Shown: in pieces, positions 10,579 through 19,906 of the stretch | How the letters are laid out: each line of letters opens with the position of its first letter | Position numbering within the stretch: position 1 is the stretch's first letter | Source: Bacteroidota bacterium | GTDB taxonomy: Bacteria; Bacteroidota; Bacteroidia; Palsa-965 | Length of the DNA stretch: 64,000 nt | Reading direction: 5' to 3' | NCBI GenBank assembly: GCA_013289095.1 | Contig: JABDAO010000002.1 | Location: 2,673 to 66,672, forward strand | Notes under the pieces: generated by a model | Told to the model about the DNA's origin: nothing | The model's input: the letters and a program-made list of their open reading frames with translations, nothing else | Databases searched by the model: none | Made by a program: the position numbers and the translations under genes

Positions 10579-10694
10579 GCAGATCCCTCGGGGAGCTGGA
10601 AAAACACAGCTATCTGCTTGTAAATCAACTTACGCCATTCAAAATACCCGACAGGGCCATCCTCAATTTGTTTCGGTGTCTAACTAATTTTTCT

Positions 10695-10702
10695 TATGTT
10701 TG
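10695..10702 (+). promoter_or_regulatory. -7 promoter element TATGTTTG for hppA
   Basis: TAnnTTTG match, followed by an A-rich translation-initiation region (AAAAACAAAATAAACA-ATG). Confidence 0.55.
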
Positions 10703-10776
10703 CACCCCTAAATGCAAAATAATTACAGTAAATAACTGAGTATCAAAATCATATCAAAGCAAAAACAAAATAAACA

Positions 10777-13086
10777 ATGAATTATTCGATCATTTATCTG
10801 GTGCCCTGTCTGGGGATTCTAGGATTACTGGTGATGGCCATCAAATCGGCCTGGGTTACAAAACAGGAGGCCGGTGAGGCCAAGATGCAGGAGCTGGCCG
10901 GCTATATTGCCGCCGGCGCCATTGCTTTTCTGCGTGCCGAGTGGAAAATACTGAGCGTGTTTGCTGTTATTGCCTGTTCATTGCTTACCTGGTCGGGTTT
11001 TACGGTAGCCAACTCAAGCCCTGTTATTGCTATTTCGTTCCTGATCGGGGCCATCTTTTCGGCCGTTGCCGGTTATATCGGGATGAAAATTGCCACCAAG
11101 GCAAACGTCCGCACGGCTCATGCTGCCAAGACCAGTCTGGCACAGGCGCTTAAAGTATCGTTTACAGGTGGTACCGTAATGGGCCTGGGTGTTGCAGGTT
11201 TGGCCGTACTTGGTCTGAGCGGTTTGTTCATTGTGTTCATCAGCATGTTTCATGTGGTGAGCGTAAACAGCGAAGAGATGCGCAAAGCCATTGAAGTGTT
11301 GACCGGTTTCTCCCTGGGTGCTGAATCCATTGCCCTGTTTGCACGCGTTGGAGGCGGTATCTATACCAAGGCTGCCGATGTAGGGGCCGATCTGGTCGGA
11401 AAAGTAGAAGCCGGAATCCCCGAAGATGATGTACGTAACCCTGCTACCATTGCCGACAACGTAGGCGATAACGTAGGCGATGTGGCCGGTATGGGAGCCG
11501 ATTTGTTTGGTTCGTATGTAGCCACCATCCTGGCAACCATGGTGCTTGGTCAGGAAATCAAGGTTACCGATAACTTTAACGGGTTTTCGCCTATCCTGTT
11601 GCCGATGGTGCTTGCCGGTCTTGGCATCGTATTCTCGATTTTGGGAACTGTGTTTGTACGTATTAAAGACGAAAAGTCAAGCGTACAGGCTGCGCTCAAT
11701 ATGGGCAACTATTCATCGATTGTATTCACTGCCGTGGCTTCGTTCTTCCTGGTGCGCTGGATGCTTCCTGCAACGCTTTCTATACGCGGCATCACGTTCA
11801 CTTCCATGGATGTGTTTTATGCCATTATCTTAGGTTTGGTAGTAGGCACACTCATGAGCATGATTACCGAATACTACACCGCCATGGGCAAACGCCCGGT
11901 GAACTCAATCATCCGTCAAAGCTCTACAGGCCATGCCACCAATATTATTGGCGGTTTATCGGTAGGGATGGAATCAACCGTTGCTCCAACCATTGTGCTG
12001 GCAGCCGGTATTTTTGGTTCTTACGAACTGGCCGGCATCTATGGTGTGGCCATTGCCGCAGCAGGCATGATGGCTACCACGGCCATGCAGCTTTCTATTG
12101 ATGCCTTTGGCCCGATTGCCGACAACGCAGGCGGCATTGCCGAAATGAGCGGTCTGCCGAAAGAAGTACGCGAACGCACCGATAACCTCGATGCAGTAGG
12201 TAACACCACGGCAGCTACAGGCAAAGGGTTTGCCATTGCTTCTGCCGCGCTTACCTCGCTTGCCCTTTTTGCAGCCTTTGTCGGGATTGCCATGCCCGAT
12301 GCACAACACATTGATATCTACAAAGCCCCGGTGCTTGCCGGTTTGTTTGTGGGCGCCATGATCCCCTTTATCTTTTCATCGTTGTGTATTGCAGCCGTAG
12401 GGCGTGCAGCCATGGCCATGGTCGAAGAAGTGCGCCGTCAGTTCCGCGAAATTCCGGGTATTATGGAATACAAGGCCAAGCCCGAGTATGAAAAATGCGT
12501 GGCTATCTCCACCCAGGCCTCTATCCGCGAGATGATCCTTCCGGGAGCCATTGCGCTTATCGTACCGCTGATCGTAGGCTTTACCTTCGGCCCCGAAGTA
12601 TTGGGCGGTTTGCTGGCCGGTGTAACGGTATCGGGTGTGCTGATGGGTATGTTCCAGTCGAACGCCGGTGGAGCATGGGACAATGCCAAGAAATCGTTCG
12701 AAAAAGGCGTGGAGATCAACGGACAAAAATATTTCAAAGGATCAGACCCACACAAAGCCTCTGTAACCGGCGATACTGTTGGTGATCCGTTCAAAGACAC
12801 ATCAGGGCCTTCGATGAACATCCTGATCAAGTTAATGTCTATCGTTTCCCTCGTTATTGCGCCACATATCATCAAACATGAAACCGTAGCCCTTCCGGTT
12901 GGCTCAAACCAGCCTGCAAAGGAGCTGAAGATGGATGCCCCCGTATCGGGTTTCATCCAAAACACGACAACTGCGGCCCCGGTTGCAACGGTATGGTCAT
13001 TCCGTTTTATGGATGCGGCGAAATTTGTTGCCGAAAAACCTTCGACCGTTGTTGTTGAGGCAGCAACTGCGGAAGCAAAGATCTGA
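10777..13086 (+). CDS. hppA: Membrane-integral ion-translocating pyrophosphatase, K+-dependent type
   Basis: GGGIYTKAADVGADLVGKVEAGIPEDD, DNVGDNVGD, DAVGNTTAATGKG, GGAWDNAKK, DTVGDPFKDTSGPS. Confidence 0.95.
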   Translation: MNYSIIYLVPCLGILGLLVMAIKSAWVTKQEAGEAKMQELAGYIAAGAIAFLRAEWKILSVFAVIACSLLTWSGFTVANSSPVIAISFLIGAIFSAVAGYIGMKIATKANVRTAHAAKTSLAQALKVSFTGGTVMGLGVAGLAVLGLSGLFIVFISMFHVVSVNSEEMRKAIEVLTGFSLGAESIALFARVGGGIYTKAADVGADLVGKVEAGIPEDDVRNPATIADNVGDNVGDVAGMGADLFGSYVATILATMVLGQEIKVTDNFNGFSPILLPMVLAGLGIVFSILGTVFVRIKDEKSSVQAALNMGNYSSIVFTAVASFFLVRWMLPATLSIRGITFTSMDVFYAIILGLVVGTLMSMITEYYTAMGKRPVNSIIRQSSTGHATNIIGGLSVGMESTVAPTIVLAAGIFGSYELAGIYGVAIAAAGMMATTAMQLSIDAFGPIADNAGGIAEMSGLPKEVRERTDNLDAVGNTTAATGKGFAIASAALTSLALFAAFVGIAMPDAQHIDIYKAPVLAGLFVGAMIPFIFSSLCIAAVGRAAMAMVEEVRRQFREIPGIMEYKAKPEYEKCVAISTQASIREMILPGAIALIVPLIVGFTFGPEVLGGLLAGVTVSGVLMGMFQSNAGGAWDNAKKSFEKGVEINGQKYFKGSDPHKASVTGDTVGDPFKDTSGPSMNILIKLMSIVSLVIAPHIIKHETVALPVGSNQPAKELKMDAPVSGFIQNTTTAAPVATVWSFRFMDAAKFVAEKPSTVVVEAATAEAKI

Positions 13087-13121
13087 GTACGACAAACACG
13101 ATTTTAACTGCATACTATTTT

Positions 13122-13165
13122 ACCGCCCCCGGTTTTCTGAAAAGAAAAAAGAGGGCGGTTTTTTT
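13122..13165 (+). terminator. Probable intrinsic terminator after hppA
   Basis: ACCGCCC (13122-13128) pairs with GGGCGGT (13153-13159), followed by a T-run. The loop is long. Confidence 0.5.
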
Positions 13166-13370
13166 ATGGGAGATGGGATCGTATTTTCTACCTGGAAACA
13201 GTGAACACCGGGAAACACCGGGAAAAACAGGTACTGCCTCCGTGCCACTTAGCGGTCGCTGTGCCCCCGTGTTAAATCAAAAATCAATAAATCCACAAAA
13301 AAAACACACATACCATACAATAACCCCAGCCAAAAAACGTTAATAGCTGGAAATAAGTTCGCTCCAGGTA

Positions 13371-13402
13371 TTGACTTATTAAATTTCTTGAGCGTATATT
13401 TG
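13371..13402 (+). promoter_or_regulatory. Bacteroidota promoter (TTG, 21-nt spacer, TATATTTG) facing the 21-bp array and orphan gene
   Basis: TTGAC at 13371 and TATATTTG at 13395-13402. Confidence 0.55.
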
Positions 13403-13710
13403 TTTCGCGATTGACATTTCAGTCAGAAAATACACTGGTACAAAGGGCAAGGGATAGTCTTCGAAGAATCCCGGGCCTGGGCAGCAACAAAAGCCACAGA
13501 CTACCAGCACACGACCAGAACGCCCGAAGAACGCAAACGTGAAGTTGCACTGCGCAGAACGATGACAGGAAGGCCCCTACGGACACCCCACCTGTCTTTT
13601 GTAACAAGGGAACAAGACACGATCATTCTATACCTAACAGGCCTCTGTTCAACCTTGAACCGGGGTGGGCCCGCACTTTAAACAGCTCTGCCGGATATCC
13701 GTACGGACCC

Positions 13711-13930
13711 TCTGAACCTGTAACCGGGCAACTTGACACAGGTAACGGGAAACTTGCGCGGGCGACCGGAAAACTTGCGCGGGCAACCGGAAATCTTGCG
13801 CGGGCAACCGGAAATCTTGCGCGGGCGACCGGAAATCTTGCGCGGGCAACCGGAAATCTTGCGCGGGCGACCGGAAAACTTGCGCGGGTGACCGGAAATC
13901 TTGCGCGGGCGACCGGAAATCTTGCGCGGG
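13711..13930. repeat. 21-bp tandem array #1 (unit CTTGCGCGGGCRACCGGAAAW)
   Basis: CTTGCGCGGG recurs 9 times at exact 21-nt spacing (13753 to 13921), with two degenerate units upstream. Confidence 0.95.
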
Positions 13931-14061
13931 TTCTTCTGCCACCCGTGCAGGCAAACGAACCGGATGAAGGTCTGGACCGTTTAGCGATGCATCAGGCTCC
14001 TGCAATCACCCGAAAAAGGAATTTACTCAACACTTATTCATTCATTTAAAACCTGCAAAAC

Positions 14062-14784
14062 ATGACAACCCTCAAGAAAGATTCGCGTATACCACGCAAT
14101 CACCCCAAATTCGATCTTTATATCAAAACAGCTGTTGCCTTCCTGCAGGGAGGCGGCACACCCAACAATGGTATCAGGCTGGGGCTTACCGCGGCCGACA
14201 TCACCCAGGCCCAGAGCATGCTCGCCATCTGGTATACGGGCAATGCGGCTTCGCCGGGTATCTACGAACAGCATACCAACCCCAATACCCGTACAAAGGT
14301 GACCACCCGGTTGGTAAAAGAGTTCATCATCAATTTCTCGGCTTTCTTCCGCTCGCTGTTAAATAGCATGGCCGGCAACAAAGCCATCACCCCGGCCGAT
14401 CGTGCCATGCTTAACATTGCCGCTCCCAACCCAGCCCGCAGCCAGCAGCGTCTGGCCCTGGTCAATACGGTGTATTTCGAGGGCAAGCCCATCGGGGGTG
14501 GAGAACTCAAGGTCTATTGCCGTACCGTAAAAGGCTCGAAACGGGGCAGCAAGGCCCCCGGCTCCGATTCGGTAGAGCTTTCGTACAAACTGGGCGACCC
14601 AGCGCCTACCGGAGGCGATGACCCAAACAACAAACACGAAATTTTTAGCCGTGCCGAATTCATCATGCCTTTCGGGGCATCCAATGCCGGTCAAAAAGTA
14701 CACCTCTTTGCCCGCTGGATCAACTCCAAACATAAACAACTGGCAGGGCCCTGGAGCCCGGTTACCAGTGTGTTTTTGGCATAG
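14062..14784 (+). CDS. Uncharacterised 240-aa protein: helical N-terminal half, beta-rich (FN3/Ig-like) C-terminal half
   Basis: Clean ORF with an A-rich upstream region. The C-terminus AGQKVHLFARWINSKHKQLAGPWSPV resembles a widespread unannotated family ending R-W-x-N-x(n)-GPWS (recalled, not searched). Confidence 0.8.
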   Translation: MTTLKKDSRIPRNHPKFDLYIKTAVAFLQGGGTPNNGIRLGLTAADITQAQSMLAIWYTGNAASPGIYEQHTNPNTRTKVTTRLVKEFIINFSAFFRSLLNSMAGNKAITPADRAMLNIAAPNPARSQQRLALVNTVYFEGKPIGGGELKVYCRTVKGSKRGSKAPGSDSVELSYKLGDPAPTGGDDPNNKHEIFSRAEFIMPFGASNAGQKVHLFARWINSKHKQLAGPWSPVTSVFLA

Positions 14785-15070
14785 GGGGGAGAGTTGGGGG
14801 GGAGGAAGCATTAGCGCCACAATCGTTGCAGCTGATGCTCCCCCTTACCTCTTCCTTGAGTGTATATGCTAAGCAGGCCGGGCAACCTGCAGGCTTCGTC
14901 ATCGCCCGCCCGGAGCATTTCTCTGAAGGATTCGCAAAGCATAAGCTGCAAGCCAAGGATGGGCCTGACAGCTATCAGCGGGTGCATCCGAAACGCCCGA
15001 CGCTTCAGCTCCTGAAAAGCATAAATTTCAGGGCTTTTATCTAAACCATAAACCCAATGGTTACAAATTA

Positions 15071-15400
15071 GGGTTCACTCAAAAAGTCGGCAATCTAGTG
15101 GAGGACGAATCGCCCTGTGCGCTGGGGAGTCCACGCGGAGAGCGAACTTCAAGATGGCTGGCGAGAAGCGATGGCCTGTGCTGAAAAGCCATCTTGAAGT
15201 TGGTCCGCGTGGGGCCTTTTTTGCGTTACTTTTTGGGCAAGCAAAAAGTAACTAAAAAATTCCTTTGAACACAAAGTTCGTCCACGTACTGCTTGGTGCA
15301 AGGGTTTTGATTGGAAACGGTATTTAGTATTGCATCTCAATGATGAAAGTGAGACATTATGTGTTGATTGGGTGATGGTTGTAGGTGTTTGAGTGAACAC
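15071..15400. mobile_element. MITE-like element with 13-bp imperfect TIRs and TA flanks
   Basis: Left end GGGTTCACTCAAA and right end TTTGAGTGAACAC (12/13 match), with TA on both sides. Nested internal inverted repeats: 15145-15159/15187-15201 (perfect 15 bp), 15131-15139/15204-15212, 15225-15235/15242-15252. No transposase. Confidence 0.6.
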
Positions 15401-15403
15401 TAA

Positions 15404-15613
15404 TTAGAGATGCCCTGGAGTTCACTCAAAAAGTCAGAACACGACAGGCTTCATTGCGTGTATTTATCAACCAATTAAAAGGTAGGTTTCATGAATCAAT
15501 CAGTAACCCCGCGCTGAAGCGCGGGGTTACTAACATTAGGGTTCAGTACCATATAGACTTTGGGCTTTAGCCACAAGGAGAAGTTTAGCTAAGGTTAGAT
15601 TGGGCTAAAGCCC
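15404..15613. repeat. Mosaic of REP/MITE fragments
   Basis: TTAGAGATGCCC end fragment (15404-15415); second GTTCACTCAAAAAGTC copy (15420-15435); perfect 13-bp hairpin AGTAACCCCGCGC/GCGCGGGGTTACT (15502-15531); GGGCTTTAGCC/GGCTAAAGCCC pair (15562-15613). Confidence 0.7.
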
Positions 15614-15698
15614 CAAGGTGTGGAGGAAACTTATTTTATTAATTTAATGCCGGAATTAGAGGTCTAAACTCATACGTAAAAACACCAAAACCCCAATT

Positions 15699-16172
15699 TT
15701 GAAAGTAACATTAATCCAAGTAGGCCGTACCGAAGAGCCCTGGTTAAAGGAAGGCATTGAAGTGTATGCAAAGCGGCTCGGGCATTATCTTCCGTTTTCG
15801 GTTGTGGAGCTGGCTGCTTTAAAAAGCAAGACGCGTCTTAGCCCCGAACAGCAAAAGGAAAAGGAAGGGGAGTTGATTCTGAAAGCGCTCATGCCCGGCG
15901 ATAAGGTCTATCTGCTGGATGAAAACGGAAAAGAATACAGCTCACCGGCCCTGGCCACCTTGCTGCAAATGCAGATGAACGGTTCTGTTAAAAATCTTGT
16001 TTTTATAATCGGGGGCCCTTTTGGGTTTTCAAAAGCCGTTTATGAACGATGCGATGGTAAGGTGGCCTTGTCTAAATTAACATTTACGCATCAGATGGTC
16101 AGACTGTTCTATACCGAACAGCTGTATCGGGCAATGACAATTCTGAGGGGAGAAAAATATCACCATGAATGA
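15699..16172 (+). CDS. rlmH: 23S rRNA (pseudouridine1915-N3)-methyltransferase
   Basis: LDENGK, FIIGGPFGF, LSKLTFTHQMVRLFYTEQLYRA, YHHE. TTG start. Confidence 0.95.
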   Translation: MKVTLIQVGRTEEPWLKEGIEVYAKRLGHYLPFSVVELAALKSKTRLSPEQQKEKEGELILKALMPGDKVYLLDENGKEYSSPALATLLQMQMNGSVKNLVFIIGGPFGFSKAVYERCDGKVALSKLTFTHQMVRLFYTEQLYRAMTILRGEKYHHE

Positions 16173-16205
16173 ATTGGGATTTGGGAATTAGGATTTGGGA
16201 TTTAA
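16171..16205. repeat. Heptanucleotide tandem repeat (GAWTTRR-type, 5 units)
   Basis: gaattgg gatttgg gaattag gatttgg gatttaa, directly after the rlmH stop. Confidence 0.6.
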
Positions 16206-16224
16206 GGAGTGATTCTGGATTTAT

Positions 16225-16319
16225 GGGCATCTCTAAAAACCCCGTTTTCTTGACCACTGCCTGACCCTCTCCGCCGCAGGCGGAGAGGGAATGTTTGGAA
16301 GGGGGTATTAGAGATGCCC
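16225..16319. mobile_element. 95-bp MITE/REP-like element, copy 1
   Basis: 19-bp imperfect TIR (GGGCATCTCTAA...) and internal perfect hairpin CCCTCTCCGCC/GGCGGAGAGGG. Near-identical to 26915-27003. Confidence 0.7.
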
Positions 16320-16387
16320 TTATTGGTAAATTGTTTTGAATTTCGGATTCGACAAGTTTAATTTTTTGTCTGCTAAAATCCCAAATC

Positions 16388-17401
16388 CTACAGGTTTTGT
16401 TCCCACTTCCAGGCGCTGAGCATCATTTCGTCGAGGTTGTATTTTGCCTTCCAGTGCAGGGCTTTTTCTACTTTGCTGCAGTCTGATGATATCGCTTCAA
16501 CATCTCCGGCTCTTCTTGGGCCAAGGGTGTAAGTTGGTTTTACCCCCGAAACTTTTTCGAAGGAAGCAATTGCTTCGAGCACGCTCACACCATTTCCGGT
16601 GCCGAGGTTTAAAACATCATACGTTTTAGCTGTTGTTTCGAGGTGCTCAAGTGCCAGTACATGGGCATTGGCAATATCGCTTACATGAACATAGTCGCGG
16701 ATGCAGCTTCCGTCGCGCGTGTTATAATCTGTTCCAAAGACAGTGAATGATTTTATTTTTCCGAGCGCCGTTCGGGTAATGAGGGGTACCAGATTTGTTG
16801 GTTTGTTGATGGGGCTTTCTCCCAGAAGACCCGATAGATGTGCGCCCACCGGATTGAAGTAACGCAGTGCAATGGCTTTGATGCCTGGTGTGGCGCGAAT
16901 AAAATCTTCGAGTATGCGTTCCCCGGCAACTTTGGTATAGGCATAGGGCGATTCTGCTTTTTCAAAGGGGGTTTGTTCGGTCACGGGTAATTGGTTGATG
17001 TTTCCATAGACCGAACAGGAAGAGGAAAAGATGATGTTTTTGATCTTGTTCTTGACTGCCGCCTTCAGGAGGTTGATCAAAGAACCGATGTTGTTTGAAT
17101 AATAGCCCAGAGGGTCGGCCACAGAGTCGGGTACAGATTTAAAGGCAGCGAAATGAATGATTCCATGGATATTCGGGTGGGCATCAAAAAAGGCATTTGT
17201 GGCTTCCTGGTCGCACAAATTGAAAGCGTACTGCTGAAAGCTTTTGCCGGTTATTTGTTTGACCCGATCATACGCATCGGGGGAGGAGTTGCTGTGGTTG
17301 TCGATTGATATCACCTCATAGGTGGGGTTGTTCAGCAGTTCGATGAGGGTGTGGGAACCGATGTAACCGGCTCCGCCGGTGACGAGGATTGTTTGTTTCA
17401 T
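16388..17401 (-). CDS. galE: UDP-glucose 4-epimerase
   Basis: VTGGAGYIGSHT, IHFAAFKSVPDS, FSSSCSVYG, SPYAYTK, LRYFNPVGAH, DGSCIRDYVHV. Confidence 0.95.
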   Translation of the reverse strand: MKQTILVTGGAGYIGSHTLIELLNNPTYEVISIDNHSNSSPDAYDRVKQITGKSFQQYAFNLCDQEATNAFFDAHPNIHGIIHFAAFKSVPDSVADPLGYYSNNIGSLINLLKAAVKNKIKNIIFSSSCSVYGNINQLPVTEQTPFEKAESPYAYTKVAGERILEDFIRATPGIKAIALRYFNPVGAHLSGLLGESPINKPTNLVPLITRTALGKIKSFTVFGTDYNTRDGSCIRDYVHVSDIANAHVLALEHLETTAKTYDVLNLGTGNGVSVLEAIASFEKVSGVKPTYTLGPRRAGDVEAISSDCSKVEKALHWKAKYNLDEMMLSAWKWEQNL

Positions 17402-17513
17402 AAGCCGTATCTAATCTGACAGAAATAGGGTTCTTCAAAAACGAATGTGAATGTACGCTCGAAATGGAGTAATCCGACCAACAGACCGGTCGGATAGTTC
17501 ACAAAAGTAAGCT

Positions 17514-18476
17514 TTAAGGCCGAATTTCGTCAAGAAGCTGTTTTACCCTATTGGAAAGATCACGACTCTGAATTTCTGCCCCCAGATGATTTAAGTGATT
17601 TGGGTCTTTCCAGTAAGAAGCAGAGGTTGAAAGACCGGGCAGGCTCAGTTCAAGATAGTTGATGTACGGTATTTTATTTTCACCACAAAGCAACTTGATT
17701 TTATCTGTAGAAGGTTTCAGATAGTCAGCCATAGCCCGGCTGAAATAGGGAGATGTGAAAAGAATAAGCCTGATATGTAGTCGTTTGCAAGTAGAAATAA
17801 TTGATTGCAGATCGGTAGTATATTCAGAAAGGAATTTGGCCGGAGGGAACACTTCCCGCTGAATAGAACGCAGGGTATAAATACTGTCGGTAGCTTCGGC
17901 CGGAATGAGATCATAACCGGTTTGAAGCTGTTTTGGATGCAGTACTGTTTTAAAATAATTATTTAACAGTGTAAGTACCCTGCCGTTATAACGATAGGTA
18001 TGAAAGTAAAAAAGATATTTTTTTGTTGACCCTTCGTTGTTAATCAGTGTGGTCACTTCCTCGTTTTTTCCGTAATAATAACGTAAAAATTCGACAGAGT
18101 TTAAGTTTTTTCGGGTGATACCCTCTTGTCCAAGATATTGACCAGGGTCTATCTGAAGCAGAATTGTTTTGGGGAGTTGTTTCTTTTCTTCAAGCACGGC
18201 CAGGAGTCCTCTTTGAAAGCAGTCGTCCGTTGCTGAATGCGCAATGTTGTATGTCGGCATCTTGAAACTATCTGGTACTACCTGATAATAAGCCCGAGAA
18301 TTTCCCATGATCAGGAGATCTGGCGGAGTGGGCAAGGAAAGATAATAATTGATCTTCCCTCCCGATTGTCCAGTCATTGTTTTGACATAAAGACAATCGA
18401 GAAAGGACGCAGCCAGCCGGTCCATTGTGAAAACAAGGATGAACAGTCCAGCCAGGTATATGCCAAACGATCTCAT
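17514..18476 (-). CDS. SGNH-like periplasmic partner of MBOAT #2
   Basis: N-terminal TM helix, MGNSRA (Ser block), WKDPNHLNHLGA (Asp/His block). Start overlaps the MBOAT stop (TAATG). Confidence 0.75.
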   Translation of the reverse strand: MRSFGIYLAGLFILVFTMDRLAASFLDCLYVKTMTGQSGGKINYYLSLPTPPDLLIMGNSRAYYQVVPDSFKMPTYNIAHSATDDCFQRGLLAVLEEKKQLPKTILLQIDPGQYLGQEGITRKNLNSVEFLRYYYGKNEEVTTLINNEGSTKKYLFYFHTYRYNGRVLTLLNNYFKTVLHPKQLQTGYDLIPAEATDSIYTLRSIQREVFPPAKFLSEYTTDLQSIISTCKRLHIRLILFTSPYFSRAMADYLKPSTDKIKLLCGENKIPYINYLELSLPGLSTSASYWKDPNHLNHLGAEIQSRDLSNRVKQLLDEIRP

Positions 18477-19906
18477 TAAAACTGAAAATAGATAAACTGA
18501 CCGCCTTCGGAATTGCCGAATAAGATGATCAGTAGGATTAATAAGCTGCTGAACCCGATTGTTTTGAATGAAACAATAGATCCATTCACGGGGTTAAAAA
18601 AAATTGCTTTGCGTAAAAAGAAGTATTCAATACTGAGGAGGAATGTAACAAGCAGAAGCATGGAGCAAAAGAGTCCTGTATCCTGAATTCTCAAGGTGAA
18701 GAAACCTGACGAGTGAAAGATATTACAAAGGATATACCAGGCTTGAGAAAATGTCTGGCTCCTGAAAAATATCCAGGCCAGACAAACCAGATTGAACGTA
18801 AAGAATGCTTTGGCCGCGCGTGAGAAAAAAGGTTGAGAGCCAGCCGGCGTCATGCTGCCGCCGGCTCCTGTGATTTTTTCGACAACCAAATACATGCCAT
18901 TGAGCGCGCCCCAGATCACAAAATTCCAGGAAGCTCCATGCCAGAGGCCTCCGAGAAGCATCGTGATCATCAGGTTCCGGTAGCTGAGAAATTTCCCTGA
19001 GCGGCTGCCCCCAAGCGGGATGTATAAATAGTCGCGCAGCCAGCTCGAAAGAGAGATGTGCCAGCGTCGCCAGAATTCGGTAATGCTTTTTGAAAAATAG
19101 GGAAATCTGAAATTCGTCATAAGTTCAAACCCCATGACCTGTGCTACGCCTACAGCAATATCGGAGTAGCCAGAGAAATCGCAGTAGATCATCAATGCAA
19201 AGGCCCAGGTTGCGACGCAGAGTGTAAACCCGGTATTCATCTGATAATTATCGTAAATAGAGTTTACGTAGACAGACAACAAATCGCCTACGGCCACTTT
19301 TTTAAATAATCCCCAGAGCATTAGTTGGAGGCCTCCGATGACTTGTTTCGATGAAAAGATATGTTTCTCCCGAAACTGGTGGAGCATATGTTGCGGACGT
19401 TCGATAGGCCCGGCCACAAGCTGCGGATAGAACATCACGTAGAGTGCATAGATCCCGAAATGTCGTTCAGCCTTTGCATTGCCGCGGTAGACTTCAATCG
19501 TATAACTTACCGCCTGAAAGGTATGAAACGATAAGCCAATTGGGAGCAGTATATTCAGATAGGGCAACGGATTGTCATGATGGGTCCACCTGAAAATCGA
19601 AGTAATATTTTCGTTTAGGAAATTGTAATACTTAAAGAAAAACAGGGTTCCGAAATTGGCTATCAAACTTAGAATAAGGAACGTCTTTTTTCGTTTCGTT
19701 CCAGCTGATGTCTCAATGTATATGCCAGCAACATAATCTACACCGATGGTGAAGAAAAGGATTAGAATATAGATAGGGATAAAGTACAAGTAAAAATAAC
19801 AACTGGAGAAAAGCAATAAAACCCACCGGTAGCGATGAGGTAACGCATAGTATCCGAGCGACACTACACCAAAAAAAAGGAAGAAAGTGAGTGAATTAAA
19901 CAGCAT
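18476..19906 (-). CDS. MBOAT family O-acyltransferase #2
   Basis: LPIGLSFHTFQ, FYPQLVAGPIER, FWRRWHISLSSWLRDYLYIPLGG, GLWHGASWNF, FIYFQF. Confidence 0.92.
   Translation of the reverse strand: MLFNSLTFFLFFGVVSLGYYALPHRYRWVLLLFSSCYFYLYFIPIYILILFFTIGVDYVAGIYIETSAGTKRKKTFLILSLIANFGTLFFFKYYNFLNENITSIFRWTHHDNPLPYLNILLPIGLSFHTFQAVSYTIEVYRGNAKAERHFGIYALYVMFYPQLVAGPIERPQHMLHQFREKHIFSSKQVIGGLQLMLWGLFKKVAVGDLLSVYVNSIYDNYQMNTGFTLCVATWAFALMIYCDFSGYSDIAVGVAQVMGFELMTNFRFPYFSKSITEFWRRWHISLSSWLRDYLYIPLGGSRSGKFLSYRNLMITMLLGGLWHGASWNFVIWGALNGMYLVVEKITGAGGSMTPAGSQPFFSRAAKAFFTFNLVCLAWIFFRSQTFSQAWYILCNIFHSSGFFTLRIQDTGLFCSMLLLVTFLLSIEYFFLRKAIFFNPVNGSIVSFKTIGFSSLLILLIILFGNSEGGQFIYFQF

Noticed and set aside
13649-14005. 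Minus-strand PAQDFRS-repeat ORF
   Set aside because: It is antisense to the promoter and orphan gene, and unit variants are non-synonymous in this frame. Likely a by-product of the array.
15071-16319. Integron attC cassettes
   Set aside because: The palindromes lack the RYYYAAC/GTTRRRY core-site arrangement around genes, and no integrase is present.
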